The notes: generated from the sequence alone by a model not told the origin. A DNA stretch of 64,000 bases from Candidatus Marinacidobacterales bacterium (GCA_965226495.1 OZ245365.1:2784001-2848000); one strand, 5' to 3'; positions 30,067 through 40,986 are shown, numbered from the stretch's first letter. Program-made: numbers and translations.

Positions 30067-31584
30067 ATGAAGACCAGAACTTTTTTCGCGGCACTCGCCG
30101 TGTTACTCCTAGGCACTGCCTCCCGGTTGGCCGCCCAGAGTCTCGACGAGTTCGAAAAATCGGTCACCGAGCATACGCTCGAGAATGGAATGAGATTCTT
30201 CATCGTGGAGCGGCGCGAGATCCCGGTGGTGTCTTTCCACATCTACGCCAACGTCGGCTCCGTCGACGAAGAAAACGGCATGAGCGGCATGGCTCACATG
30301 TTCGAGCATATGGCCTTCAAAGGCACCAAAGACATCGGCACCACCGACTACGTCGCGGAAAGAAGCGCGCTGGACAAAGTGGACGAGTTGGTCGCCGCGA
30401 TTCAAGAAGAGCGGTTAAAGGGTGATGGAGCCGACACCGAGCGCCTCAAGGGACTTGAAAGCGAATTCAAAGAAGCCCAACGCGCCGCCAACGACTTCGT
30501 CATCAACAACAAGTTCAGTGAGATCGTCGAGGAGAACGGTGCGGTGGGCCTCAATGCCACAACCTCGATGGACGCCACCCGTTACTTCTACAGCCTTCCC
30601 TCCAACAAGCTCGAGCTCTGGTTCTCGCTCGAGTCCGACCGCTTCTTGAATCCAGTCTTACGCGAGTTCTACAAGGAGAGGGACGTCGTCATCGAAGAAC
30701 GACGGATGCGAGTCGAGAGCCAGCCGGTCGGAAATCTTCTCGAGGACTTCTTGTCGGTCGCTTACAAAGCCCATCCCTATAGCCGGAACACGATCGGATG
30801 GTACTCTGATCTAGATAACCTCACACGACCAGCGGCGAGGGAGTTCTTTCGCCGCTTCTATACTCCTTCGAACTTGACGGCTTTCATCGTAGGGGATGTC
30901 GATCCCCAGGAGGTCATCCGCTTTGCGGAGCTCTATTTCGGTCGACTCCCCGAAGGTCCACCGCCACCGGGCTTATGGACACGTGAGCCTCCTCAAGAGG
31001 GTGAACGGCGGACCACCGTCTATGCGCAGTCTCAGCCTCTTGTCCTCATGGGTTACCACAAGCCCGACGTGACCCATCGCGACGACGCCGTTTTCGACGC
31101 CGTCCAAGACATCCTGTCCGGCGGGCGTACTTCTCGGCTATACCGAACCTTAGTTGAGGACAAAAAGATCGCGGTAGCCGCCGGCGGTTTTCCCGGGTTT
31201 CCAGGAAACAAGTACGCGAACCTATTCGTATTCTTCGCCTTTCCCACCCCTGGCCATACCAACGAAGAAAGCGAAAAAGCCATGCTAGCTGAGATCGAGC
31301 GGCTTAAGACCGAGCTCGTCACCGAAGACGAGATCGAGCGGCTCAAACACCGCGCCAGGGCTCGCCTCATTGCGCAGCTCGATTCCAACTCCGGCCTAGC
31401 GAGCCAGCTCGCCGCCTACCAAGTCCTTACCGGGGATTGGCGCAACCGTTTTCGCACGCTGGAAGACATCGATAACGTCACGCGAGAAGACATCCAGCGC
31501 ATCGCCCAAACCTATTTCACCGAGCGGAATCGGACCGTCGGCTATTTATTGACTGACCGGGCAGAACAGCCCACTGGCCGCTAG
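30067..31584 (+). CDS. M16 (pitrilysin) zinc protease, catalytic subunit
   Basis: Inverted zinc motif HMFEH, LNATT and EERR; signal peptide. Confidence 0.92.
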   Translation: MKTRTFFAALAVLLLGTASRLAAQSLDEFEKSVTEHTLENGMRFFIVERREIPVVSFHIYANVGSVDEENGMSGMAHMFEHMAFKGTKDIGTTDYVAERSALDKVDELVAAIQEERLKGDGADTERLKGLESEFKEAQRAANDFVINNKFSEIVEENGAVGLNATTSMDATRYFYSLPSNKLELWFSLESDRFLNPVLREFYKERDVVIEERRMRVESQPVGNLLEDFLSVAYKAHPYSRNTIGWYSDLDNLTRPAAREFFRRFYTPSNLTAFIVGDVDPQEVIRFAELYFGRLPEGPPPPGLWTREPPQEGERRTTVYAQSQPLVLMGYHKPDVTHRDDAVFDAVQDILSGGRTSRLYRTLVEDKKIAVAAGGFPGFPGNKYANLFVFFAFPTPGHTNEESEKAMLAEIERLKTELVTEDEIERLKHRARARLIAQLDSNSGLASQLAAYQVLTGDWRNRFRTLEDIDNVTREDIQRIAQTYFTERNRTVGYLLTDRAEQPTGR

Positions 31585-31594
31585 GAGGGGTGTC

Positions 31595-33076
31595 ATGAGA
31601 AGACAAGCGCGACGAAACCACCGCCTCACCAGCCTTCTTTTAGCCATCGGCATCTTGCTCTGCTGGAGCGCGACTGCGGACGCTCAGAAACCCTACGATG
31701 AGCTGACGTATCCCGCCCTCCGCGACGTTCAGGTTCCCGACGTCGACCGGACCGAGCTTCCGAATGGGATGGTGCTTTATCTTCTCGAGGATCACACGCT
31801 ACCGAAGGTCCGCGGCTTCGCCCTCATACGAACCGGTGACCTCTGGGAGCCATCGGACAAGGTCGGTCTTGCCAGTATCGTCGGGCAAGTCATGAGAACG
31901 GGCGGAACGACAACTCGTAGCGGAGACGAGATCAACGAGATCCTGGAAGACGTCGGCGCCTCGGTCGAGACCGGTATTGGCGGAAGTTCTGGCTCCGCTT
32001 CCTTGTTCGCTCTCAAGGAGAACCTCCCCATGGTCCTAGAGGTCTTCGCCGACATACTCCAGAACCCAGTCTTCGCCCCGGACAAGATCCAGCTGGCCAA
32101 GGTGATGATGCAAAGTGGCATCGCACGGAGAAACGACGACGTCGCGGGCATTGCGAATCGGGAGTTCCAGCAACTACTTTACGGAAGCGACAGCCCTTTT
32201 GCCCGAAACGTAGAGCACGCCACGATCGCCAACATCACTCGAGAGGATATCGTTCAGTTTCACGCGCGCTACTTCCACCCCAACCAGATCGCCCTCGGCC
32301 TCTGGGGGGACTTCGAGAGTGACGCGGTTCGAGCACAGGTCGAGAGAATCTTTGGTTCCTCGAAACGCAAGAACGTCGACATCCCACCGGTGCCCAAGGT
32401 CGACACCGCCCTCGAGGCCTCCGTTAACTACGTCTCGAAGGACGACATCAACCAGACCAATCTCCGCATTGGCCACCTCGGTGGCCGTCGGGACGACCCC
32501 GATTATTTCGCAATGAGCCTCATGGCTGAAATTCTGGGAGGAGGGTTCTCTTCTCGCCTGTTCAAACTCATCCGATCGGAGCAGGGGCTCGCCTACCGTG
32601 TTGGCGCCTCCTGGAATGCCGCCTGGGATCACCCCGGCACTTTCTCGGTCGTGTGCAACACGAAATCCGAGACCACCATGCAGGCGACCACCGAGATCCT
32701 CAAGGAAGTTCGACGCATCACCGAGGAGCCGGTCACCGAGGACGAGCTTCGCCTCGCGAAAGACGGGATCTTGAACTCCTTCGTGTTCAACTTCGATTCG
32801 AAGGGTGAAATCGTCAGCCGTTTGATGATCTACGAATACTACGGCTATCCCGTGGATTTTTTAGAGAAGTATCGTTCCAACGTCGAGAACGTGACCGCGG
32901 ACGACATTCTCCGGGCGGCCAAGAAGCACATCAAACCGGACGACCTCACTATCCTAGCGGTGGGTCGAGGGCAGGACTTCGACAAGCCTCTCGACACTTT
33001 GGGTGACGTCAACACCATCGACATCAGCATCCCGCCCCCGTCCCAAGGAGCCAAAGGGGAAGTTTCCGGCCGATAG
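31595..33076 (+). CDS. M16 peptidase, non-catalytic partner subunit
   Basis: No HxxEH; ILGGGFSSRLF..IR...GLAY motif. Confidence 0.9.
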   Translation: MRRQARRNHRLTSLLLAIGILLCWSATADAQKPYDELTYPALRDVQVPDVDRTELPNGMVLYLLEDHTLPKVRGFALIRTGDLWEPSDKVGLASIVGQVMRTGGTTTRSGDEINEILEDVGASVETGIGGSSGSASLFALKENLPMVLEVFADILQNPVFAPDKIQLAKVMMQSGIARRNDDVAGIANREFQQLLYGSDSPFARNVEHATIANITREDIVQFHARYFHPNQIALGLWGDFESDAVRAQVERIFGSSKRKNVDIPPVPKVDTALEASVNYVSKDDINQTNLRIGHLGGRRDDPDYFAMSLMAEILGGGFSSRLFKLIRSEQGLAYRVGASWNAAWDHPGTFSVVCNTKSETTMQATTEILKEVRRITEEPVTEDELRLAKDGILNSFVFNFDSKGEIVSRLMIYEYYGYPVDFLEKYRSNVENVTADDILRAAKKHIKPDDLTILAVGRGQDFDKPLDTLGDVNTIDISIPPPSQGAKGEVSGR

Positions 33077-33092
33077 GCGTCCGTTCGTCCGC

Positions 33093-33599
33093 TCAGCCGA
33101 ATAGAGCGCTAACAATAAACCAGAACGCGATGTAAAAGATGACGCCAATGCCGCATACCGCCGCGGCGCGGCCGATGTCCGTGTAGCTCAACGCCGCCTT
33201 GACGGCAAACACGGTGGCGACGATCATCCAAACACTCGCCGCAAATACCAAAAAAGGGCCGAGTACGGGAACGACCCCCAGGATCCGAGCGATGCCCGGC
33301 GCCGCGCCGAAACCCATCGGCCTGAGAAATTTATTGAAGTCGGCTTCCGTTTGGCCTTCGGGTAGGAGCTTGGTCCCTACGACGAAGACGACTCCCGCCA
33401 AAACGACCCAGGTGACCAAACCACGAATCACACCTCCGACGACACCGATTCCCCCCATACCTCCAATTCCCGCCGCGAGGGCGGAGAGGGCGACCACTCC
33501 GATCGCCTGGTTGAAAGCGTTGGGATCCGCGCGGATCTCTGCGTACGCGCGGGGATCGAGCCTTGCCGCGCCGACTATCCTCTGCTGGAAACTCGCCAT
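33093..33599 (-). CDS. YIP1 family membrane protein
   Basis: GAARLD..Y.EI..D motif and five hydrophobic segments. Confidence 0.75.
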   Translation of the reverse strand: MASFQQRIVGAARLDPRAYAEIRADPNAFNQAIGVVALSALAAGIGGMGGIGVVGGVIRGLVTWVVLAGVVFVVGTKLLPEGQTEADFNKFLRPMGFGAAPGIARILGVVPVLGPFLVFAASVWMIVATVFAVKAALSYTDIGRAAAVCGIGVIFYIAFWFIVSALFG

Positions 33600-33645
33600 G
33601 TGCTCCCTCCTGTTATGAAACTCTCATGGTACTCGCATCGGCGCT

Positions 33646-34518
33646 TTACTTGGTCGCGTTGAAGGCCTTCAAAACCTCTAATAAGTCACTACTGGTATAG
33701 GTGATCTCCCAGTCCCCGGTCCTAGTCGCCCCCGGGTAGAGCGCACCATCGTTGATCGTTTCCTCACGCTTCAGCTGGAGTTTCATTGTGTAGGGTGGGC
33801 TCAACGTGTACGGCTTGTACTGTGCCCGGTTCCGGACCGCCTTTTCGACACCCTCACGGATCCGCTCCCGTGCGACTTCGGGGTGCAGATTTACGGCTAC
33901 CGGACCAATAGCCTCTTTCACCGCGACCGTCTCGATATCGCCCACCAGTCCCTCCATTTGCTCACAAACCGCCTTGTCGCCCGCGACGAATACAACCGGG
34001 ACGTTGTAGAGCCCCGCGATGAGAGCGTTGTAGCCGCCCTCGGGTAGAGAAACCCCATTGATCGAAAAATCCGACACGTTCCCGTTCGATGTGTGCTCCA
34101 GAATGGCGTCCGGTGTTCCCGCCTTGGCGTGATAGCCGATGAATATTGCGGCATCGAAGGACGCATCGATTGGCAGCATCATGTTCTTAGGCCCCGGGGC
34201 GAGCCCGCGCACAAGAAGGGCGTTCCGATTCAGCTCTTCCGGAAGCAGGTTCGTCTTCGAGCCGTGGGAGTCGCGCACCACCACCTCGGTCGCTCCTGCG
34301 GCCAGCGCGCCTTCGATGGCGGCGTTGGCTTCCTTGGTCATGACCTTCCGGAAGTATTGATATTGGCTCCCCGAACTGCCCGTATCCTCTCGGTCTACGA
34401 CGCCGGTAAGGCCCTCCATGTCCACAGAGATAAAAACCTTCAACCCACTTTGCGCCGCGCCGAAGGTGGCGAGGCAAAGATAAGCCATAACGGATACGAT
34501 CCAAGTCAGTCGTCTCAT
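33646..34518 (-). CDS. M55 family D-aminopeptidase with signal peptide (second paralog)
   Basis: ISVDMEG, RDSHG, FIGYH, EHT and AGD. Confidence 0.9.
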   Translation of the reverse strand: MRRLTWIVSVMAYLCLATFGAAQSGLKVFISVDMEGLTGVVDREDTGSSGSQYQYFRKVMTKEANAAIEGALAAGATEVVVRDSHGSKTNLLPEELNRNALLVRGLAPGPKNMMLPIDASFDAAIFIGYHAKAGTPDAILEHTSNGNVSDFSINGVSLPEGGYNALIAGLYNVPVVFVAGDKAVCEQMEGLVGDIETVAVKEAIGPVAVNLHPEVARERIREGVEKAVRNRAQYKPYTLSPPYTMKLQLKREETINDGALYPGATRTGDWEITYTSSDLLEVLKAFNATK

Positions 34519-34520
34519 CC

Positions 34521-36245
34521 TCACCTCTCCATCCATCCCGATGAATCTTCTCCTGCCGGGGCGTTCTTCCTGATGTGCTCCGCCATCGATTTGATGAGCT
34601 CAGCATTCGTCATCGGGCGCCAACCGTGTCCCTTTTTCGGGCGACCATGATGTACTTCACCGCCGTAGTACGGATCCTTGGTGCTCTCTAAGAAGTCCTC
34701 CATCAGGTAGACCGCGTAAGGCAGATAAAACTGATCCATTTCTGGATTGTACAGACGGATCTTGCCCACGAGGTCGGGACCGATTTCGGACCAATTGGTT
34801 TCGGTGTAGTGGCGCAGATCGTAGCCCTTGTCTTTCATGTACTGCGCGACCTCGTGGTCGAGCTTACCGGTCTTCTTGTCCCAAAGGAGCTTCGGATAAC
34901 CGTCGCCTCCGACGGGCCCATACGCCGCGTTCCAAATGTCGAGCTGCCCTCCCGACCTCCCCTTCGTACCTTGCGCCAGCTCGAGCTGGCTTATCTGCCG
35001 TACCTTGCCGACCGGCTGGCCTTCGGTCGTTCGCTGGAACATCCGCTCTGGCGCGCCCGGCACCGAACCCGGCACGATGAACGCGTTGTCGTCCTCATAG
35101 ATGTTGATGAGCTGGTAACGGCGGAAATCGATAGGGTCGGGAAAAAATGTCCACGTTCCGCCGAAGAATTTTGGGTGGTAGACCTGAAGTGCCAAGGACG
35201 TCCACCCCCCGGTGGAGCCTCCGGTGAGGACCCGCGCATAGGGTTTCGGGATGATGCGGAACTTCTCCTCCAGGTATGGGATGAGCTCCGTCAGGAGTGC
35301 GTCTCCATACGGTCCGTTGTTCGCGGAGTTCACGCCGTAGGAATCGTCAAAGTAGGGCGTTGGGTGCTGGAATGTGATCGCAAACATACGGGGAAACGAA
35401 TCCCCGCCCCAGGCTTTGTAGAAGTCGTAACCCGTGTCCCTCTTGCCGCCCGCGGCCACCATCATGTCTTGGAACAGATCATTCTGCTCGGGCGGCTCGG
35501 TCGCGAAGCCGAAGGCGGGATCCAGGCTGAAGTGATTCTGCTGATACACAACCGGGTAGTAGACATCCGGATTATCGTTGTAACCCTTCGGGAGCAGCAC
35601 CGTCGCGCCGATTTCGATCGGATGTCCCCAGAACGCGGTCAGCAGCTTGCTTTGAAACTTGACTCGCTTCACCCACTCCGTGTCTTTCGGCTCCGGCAGC
35701 GGAGGGATGGTGTCGTCGAGCTCGAGGGTGATGGTCTTGCTCTCGGTGGGATCGAGATAAACCCGTTTCGATCTACTGACGAGATTACCCGGCGAGAATG
35801 CCCAGCGCTGGCCTTCCCACTGATCCATGGGAGCCCAAATGACGTGACCATCCGAACGTCGAAACTCGGTGTACACATGGAGAACGGCCTGGACGTAATA
35901 GTCCCCGGCCGAGAGCCCCTTCAAGCTCCACAACGGATATCCGACGGCGGTGGAGTCCACCACTGCGCTCTGACCTGGCTCCAAGCCCTCCACGTCAGCG
36001 GCAAAAAAAGGCATGCGACCGTCTCGGCGCCGCGCCGAGTTGTACGCGGCGATGCGCGGAACCGGGTCATCGGTCGGACTCACCGCGAGGAACATTCGTC
36101 CCGTGAGTGGCCCGTCGCTCAGAGACTCGCCGAATGAGATCTCGAAGCGCAGCCCGACATCCTGGGATATCGCCGAGGCCGTCGATGTCCTCCATAAAAG
36201 GCCGAGACTCAACACTCCTATCAGGACAACACTTTTAACTCTCAA
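34521..36245 (-). CDS. Secreted esterase-like alpha/beta hydrolase
   Basis: ATVLLPKGY, NSANNGPY and GGSTGG nucleophile motif. Confidence 0.8.
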   Translation of the reverse strand: MRVKSVVLIGVLSLGLLWRTSTASAISQDVGLRFEISFGESLSDGPLTGRMFLAVSPTDDPVPRIAAYNSARRRDGRMPFFAADVEGLEPGQSAVVDSTAVGYPLWSLKGLSAGDYYVQAVLHVYTEFRRSDGHVIWAPMDQWEGQRWAFSPGNLVSRSKRVYLDPTESKTITLELDDTIPPLPEPKDTEWVKRVKFQSKLLTAFWGHPIEIGATVLLPKGYNDNPDVYYPVVYQQNHFSLDPAFGFATEPPEQNDLFQDMMVAAGGKRDTGYDFYKAWGGDSFPRMFAITFQHPTPYFDDSYGVNSANNGPYGDALLTELIPYLEEKFRIIPKPYARVLTGGSTGGWTSLALQVYHPKFFGGTWTFFPDPIDFRRYQLINIYEDDNAFIVPGSVPGAPERMFQRTTEGQPVGKVRQISQLELAQGTKGRSGGQLDIWNAAYGPVGGDGYPKLLWDKKTGKLDHEVAQYMKDKGYDLRHYTETNWSEIGPDLVGKIRLYNPEMDQFYLPYAVYLMEDFLESTKDPYYGGEVHHGRPKKGHGWRPMTNAELIKSMAEHIRKNAPAGEDSSGWMER

Positions 36246-36346
36246 TGAGGGTTCTCCGTTCTCTGACCGGCTGTTAGGCTAATCGAACGGAAGGCGTGCG
36301 GCAAGCGCACCTTCTTGCAGGGGGGAGGATCGAGTCGGGGTGGATT

Positions 36347-36850
36347 TCAGACGAGATCCAACTCTCGTTCTGTGACTACGAACATGAGCTCGTGGTTTCC
36401 GATGCGAAACTCAGAGCGGTTCTGCAAGGGCGCCTGCGTGACACGGCTACCATCAACGTGGGTGCCGTTGGTGCTACCGAGGTCCTGCACCATGGCGTCG
36501 GTACCACAGATCTCGAGGAGCACGTGCTGGCGCGAGATCTCGGTATCGTCCAGACAAATATCGCACTCGTCACGGCCCAGGGTAACTCGCGACTTGTCAA
36601 TCGTGAGGATACTCCCAGCTTGACAGCCCTTGAGAATGACGAGGGTATATTTCTTATCGCTGGCTAGTTGCCCGCCGGAAGCATTCTTCCTTTCCAAGGG
36701 CGTCCCCGTTATGTCTCCCGCGAAAGGCATCGTCAGTTCCGGCAACTGCATGCGGACGCCGCAACGTGGGCACAGGGCCGCTACACCAAGGACCCGAGGA
36801 AGATCCTCTTCAGAAATTTCGCAATGACAATCCCGGCATCGGATACTCAT
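36347..36850 (-). CDS. Zinc-ribbon plus FHA domain protein
   Basis: CRDC...CPRC; TLGR, SRQH and DLGSTNGT FHA motifs. Confidence 0.88.
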   Translation of the reverse strand: MSIRCRDCHCEISEEDLPRVLGVAALCPRCGVRMQLPELTMPFAGDITGTPLERKNASGGQLASDKKYTLVILKGCQAGSILTIDKSRVTLGRDECDICLDDTEISRQHVLLEICGTDAMVQDLGSTNGTHVDGSRVTQAPLQNRSEFRIGNHELMFVVTERELDLV

Positions 36851-37028
36851 TCAAGCCTCGCGCGACCAGGTTAGCAGGCATATAACTTCGACGCGGTGAT
36901 CCATCACACGGTACGACCCCGTCTGGTTTGCGTGGTACAACACCTACAGTGAACCCACGGTCGATCGTTCGACGCCAGCCCCCCTGATTTCTTTGTTAAA
37001 ATGCCTCCGCTCATAGGAGGACTACCCC

Positions 37029-37805
37029 ATGCGGAAACATCTTCTGTTGACGGGATGGCTTGCCGGGCTCTTCTTGCTGCTGGTCCGACCGGCTCTCGGT
37101 GCCGCGGAGGAGCGCGAAGTCGTCATCCTCTACACCAATGACTTCCACAGCGCCATCGATCCCATCCCAGCCTACTGGCACGACGAACGGCCCATCCCGC
37201 ACCTCGGCGGTGCCGCGGAGTTAATGACTTTGGTCGAGCACATTCGGAAGCGCGAAGCTAAAGTGGGAAACCCAGTCTTCCTCTTCGACACCGGAGACAT
37301 GTTCACCGGCATGCTTTCCAAACTCACCAAGGGCGAAGCGCTCATGGAAATGATGCACACAATGGGTTACGACGCCCTCGGGATCGGAAATCACGAGTTC
37401 GACTACGGCTGGGAGAACTTTCGGAGGCAGATGTTCCGGGTGCCCTTTCCGTGTCTCGGCGCGAACATCTTTTTTAAGACAACCAGAAACTATGCCCTCA
37501 ATAAATCCGCCGGGCGCCTGTGGATCGATGCCAAGACTTACGAGATCGCGCAGTTGGAGTTCGAGCTTCTCGACAAGGTCAAGATATGGTGGGGATTCAT
37601 TGGATCCATCAGGCAGATGCGGGGCCGCTTACAGCGAGCGCCGGTGGACGGCTATCAAGACGTCTGGCTCCCCAGTCGTTTCGACATCTACATGAACGGG
37701 TGGATTTTCTTCAAGACCCTCCATCGGAACGAGAAGATGGAATGGACTGACTTCCGCAAGCTCCCGGAGCAGGCTCAGCAAGCAGCCGTCACCAGCAATC
37801 CGTAG
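37029..37805 (+). pseudogene. Chimera: N-terminal part of a 5'-nucleotidase/metallophosphoesterase joined in frame to the C-terminus of an unrelated secreted protein
   Basis: YTNDFHS, DTGD, GNHEFD and LGANI, then an abrupt switch near 37475 to LNKSAGRLWID...VWLPSR. Confidence 0.7.
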
Positions 37806-37819
37806 CCACGTTACGGAGC

Positions 37820-38560
37820 TCAAGCCGCCCGATACACATCCGCGTTCTCACGGATCCCTTGTAGCGTCACCCGATAGCAATTCTTGCCGACGACGAGAAT
37901 CCCTTGTGCCTTTCCCAACTCGACGTTGTCAACGCTGAGCTCGTCCGACTCTTCCCACTCTAACGGCGTGTCGGTCTGGCAGTAGAGCTTGTGGTCGAAC
38001 TGGGCTTCCGGATGCACCTTGCTGTCATGGACATGAACGGTCGGGAAGAAGATCTTTTTCACGTCACGCGTCGGGAAAGAAAACGCCATCGGGTGCGCGT
38101 GTTGGGCGTTCCCGGCGGTTAGCTTGAAGACCGCGAACCCGAAGTCATCGTACTCACCGACTTCCCGCCAAAGCTGATCGGGAAGCCGGAACCGCGGGTC
38201 CAGGCGTGCGAAGTCCGCGATGGTGGGAACGAAAGACGCTTCGAACGCCCCGACTTCTTGCACCTCGAGCAAAGCCGGGGCGGCGACCGGTTCCTCGGAG
38301 AGTTCCTCAATCAATCCGAGGTCCGCTGATTCCGGAAAAAGCCGGTCCAAGTCCTTGAAAAACCCTTCGTAGGACTCGAGGTTGACGAAATGGACCGCAT
38401 CCTCGGCGCTCCCGGGGACTACCGGTATGGGGAGCACCATCGCGACGTCCGCGGCCGCCGAAAAGGTCATCTCGTAGACCAGGAATTGTCTCTCCTCTTC
38501 GACACGCCCAAAGATCTTGGTGCCGTGCACCTCTCTTACCGGACCGCTAAAGCAACACAT
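37820..38560 (-). CDS. Hypothetical protein (DUF2330-like)
   Basis: MCCFSG, AMVLPIP, VGAFEASFVP, FAVFKL and FFPTVHVHD. Confidence 0.7.
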   Translation of the reverse strand: MCCFSGPVREVHGTKIFGRVEEERQFLVYEMTFSAAADVAMVLPIPVVPGSAEDAVHFVNLESYEGFFKDLDRLFPESADLGLIEELSEEPVAAPALLEVQEVGAFEASFVPTIADFARLDPRFRLPDQLWREVGEYDDFGFAVFKLTAGNAQHAHPMAFSFPTRDVKKIFFPTVHVHDSKVHPEAQFDHKLYCQTDTPLEWEESDELSVDNVELGKAQGILVVGKNCYRVTLQGIRENADVYRAA

Positions 38561-38694
38561 TTTTCCCCCTCCATATTTCCCTGCCTCTGAACTGTCTTGA
38601 TTTCTTTCAGAATACCGGACTATTCCGTTCTCGCAAACTGGCTACACTGGTGTTCCGATGCTAGGATGCGTCCGGAGGGAACTGGAGGACGTAC

Positions 38695-39654
38695 TTGGAA
38701 GAACAAGAGCGACAAGAGTATCTCAGAACCCTTAAAGAGACTCCGTCACGGCTCAAGGGGACCCTCACAGGCGTTCCCAAGAAGCTCCAACAGTGGAACC
38801 CGGCTCCCGGCAAGTGGTCCATCCTACAGATCATCTGTCACATGCGGGATATGGAGAAAGAAGCGTACATCACGCGGTACAAACGTATCCTGGAAGAGGA
38901 CACCCCTTCCCTGCCCGATCTCGATGGGGACACTTTGGCGCTCGAACGAGGTTACGAGGAGCTCAAGCTCGGCGAAGTCGTGCGTGATTGGAAAAACGCT
39001 CGCAAGGAAAGCCTCAAGCTCCTCAGGAGAGTCAAGGGTGGTCAGTGGCAACGCGTCGGCACTCACGAAGCCGACGGCTCCTTGACCATGGAAGAGCTCC
39101 TACATCGTCACGCGGTAGGAAACGATCGGGCTCACCTCACCCAGATACAGGCCATCAAACAGCGATGGGACATTCTGTCGAAGCTCGAGGGCGCCCCCGC
39201 CGAGCTCATAGCCCTGATGCGCGATCTCTCTAGCGATGTCTTGAGGCGAAGCCCCGGCTCCGGAGAGTGGTCGATCATCGAGACCGCATGCCATATTCGT
39301 GACGTCGAGCAATTCTACGCGGAGAGGTTTACCAAGATCGCACACCTCGATCGTCCGCGTTTTTGGGCCATGAACAGCGAGCGCCTTGCCACAGCGAGAC
39401 GCTACCGCGAGGCAGACCTCAAGTCAGTGGTAAAGGAGTTCCGGCAACGTCGTAGCGACACGCTGACGCTGCTCAGGGCGCTTCCGCACCCGATCTGGCA
39501 GCGAACCGGGATCCACCCCGAGCGGGGTGAAACGACCATCGAACAGCTAGCGATTCGGTTGGGCCAGCACGACCGGAGGCATCTTGGTGAGATCCGCGCC
39601 CTGAAGAAAAGATGGCTTCCATCCTTCAAACCCTCTCCCTCTGAGAGAGGGTAG
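38695..39654 (+). CDS. Tandem DinB-domain protein
   Basis: Two WSI....H.RD...D..HL units; C-terminus reads into a REP. Confidence 0.85.
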   Translation: MEEQERQEYLRTLKETPSRLKGTLTGVPKKLQQWNPAPGKWSILQIICHMRDMEKEAYITRYKRILEEDTPSLPDLDGDTLALERGYEELKLGEVVRDWKNARKESLKLLRRVKGGQWQRVGTHEADGSLTMEELLHRHAVGNDRAHLTQIQAIKQRWDILSKLEGAPAELIALMRDLSSDVLRRSPGSGEWSIIETACHIRDVEQFYAERFTKIAHLDRPRFWAMNSERLATARRYREADLKSVVKEFRQRRSDTLTLLRALPHPIWQRTGIHPERGETTIEQLAIRLGQHDRRHLGEIRALKKRWLPSFKPSPSERG

Positions 39655-39686
39655 GGTGAGGGATTACAGGAGAGGGATTGAAGGAC
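39606..39686. repeat. REP/MITE family copy, reverse orientation
   Basis: aaagatggcttcc is the reverse complement of ggaagccatcttt near 1175; ccctctccc..gagaggg..gggtgaggg core. Confidence 0.75.
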
Positions 39687-39700
39687 TAAGAGACTAATAT

Positions 39701-40810
39701 TTAGCGGTTATCCACTTCGAACAACTTCAGGAAGTCCTCGGCGGCTGCCGGGGATACTTTCGCAACCGCAAGGTTTTCGTCTACATGAGCCCGCCTCTTC
39801 ATACCGACGAGCGCCGTCGTGAGTCCCGGCGTCGAACGAGCGAATTGGAGTGACCTCTGGGTGTCGCTGGTGAGGCCCTTGAAGAGCTTTCCCAGCCAGT
39901 CCGGCAGCCCTTTAGTCAGCCGACCCTGACCGATCGATGCGCTCGACATCACGGCCACGCCCAACTCCTCGGCGGCCGATAGAGCCGAGACCGACTTTCC
40001 GTTGAGCGGCTGGTTTTGTTCCGTTAGAGCCTCGGTCATCGCCAAACTATAAGGTAGCTGAACGAAACGGCAGTGGTGCTTCTCACCCCCGACCTCCCTG
40101 GCCAAGGAGATGACCGATTCGAGTGACAGAAAGCTTTTGGCCGTAGGCGGCTGTCGGTACCCTCCCCACGTTGCGGTGCCGTAGTATTGGATCTTTCCAT
40201 CGGACGTCGCCTTCTCCAGTAACTCGAATACCGCTCGCAACCGCCGGCTGAGCTCCTCGCTCGAGACCTCGGTAAGCTGCATCTCAGGGTTGTGAACGTA
40301 GTAGATGTCGATCGTCTCGACGCCGAGGTTGGACAGACTGCGATCGAGCTGATTCTCTAGGAAGTCAGGTGTGATGACCTGGCACTCACCTACGATATCC
40401 TCCGGGCGCACCACTCCGGGTCCCAAGTAGGTTTTCTCGAGATAGTCCGTCACATCAGGAGGCGATTCGTTCTCAAAGGGGATGAACCCTCCCTTTGTCG
40501 CCACCACCACCTGCTCTCGCGGGATGTTCTGCTTGGCAAGCTCGCGCAGAGCATCGCGAATGTTGCGTTCGCTCCGCTGACAGCGATAGTTGATGGCCGT
40601 ATCGAGGACGTTGCAACCCGATTGGACCGCCTGGACCACGGCACTGCGATAGAGGTCGTCGGTGGTGTCGTCGTTTCGACCCAGGTATGTGCCTAAACCA
40701 ATCGAGGAGAGCCAAAGACCCTGTACTTGTCGAAAGTGGCGTTCCGCAACTCCTTCGCGTACGCGCTCGTCGGCGTAAGTCTTGGTCCCCTGGACCGTGG
40801 CTCCAGCCAT
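39701..40810 (-). CDS. Aldo/keto reductase
   Basis: IGLGTY, DTAINY..SE, ATKGG and DIYYVHNPE. Confidence 0.9.
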   Translation of the reverse strand: MAGATVQGTKTYADERVREGVAERHFRQVQGLWLSSIGLGTYLGRNDDTTDDLYRSAVVQAVQSGCNVLDTAINYRCQRSERNIRDALRELAKQNIPREQVVVATKGGFIPFENESPPDVTDYLEKTYLGPGVVRPEDIVGECQVITPDFLENQLDRSLSNLGVETIDIYYVHNPEMQLTEVSSEELSRRLRAVFELLEKATSDGKIQYYGTATWGGYRQPPTAKSFLSLESVISLAREVGGEKHHCRFVQLPYSLAMTEALTEQNQPLNGKSVSALSAAEELGVAVMSSASIGQGRLTKGLPDWLGKLFKGLTSDTQRSLQFARSTPGLTTALVGMKRRAHVDENLAVAKVSPAAAEDFLKLFEVDNR

Positions 40811-40986
40811 GCCCCCTCCCCCCTCCTTGGATGTCTGTCGGCGAGGCATGATGATACCTCTCCCACCACCCCAGGCCAACCCATATGGCCACTCCCCTTG
40901 ACATCCTACGGAGCTACTCTACACTCCTGTCGACGCTCTAGGGGACTAAAATGAGCCCCCTTTGCACGGAAAAGGAGACGAAGGTC

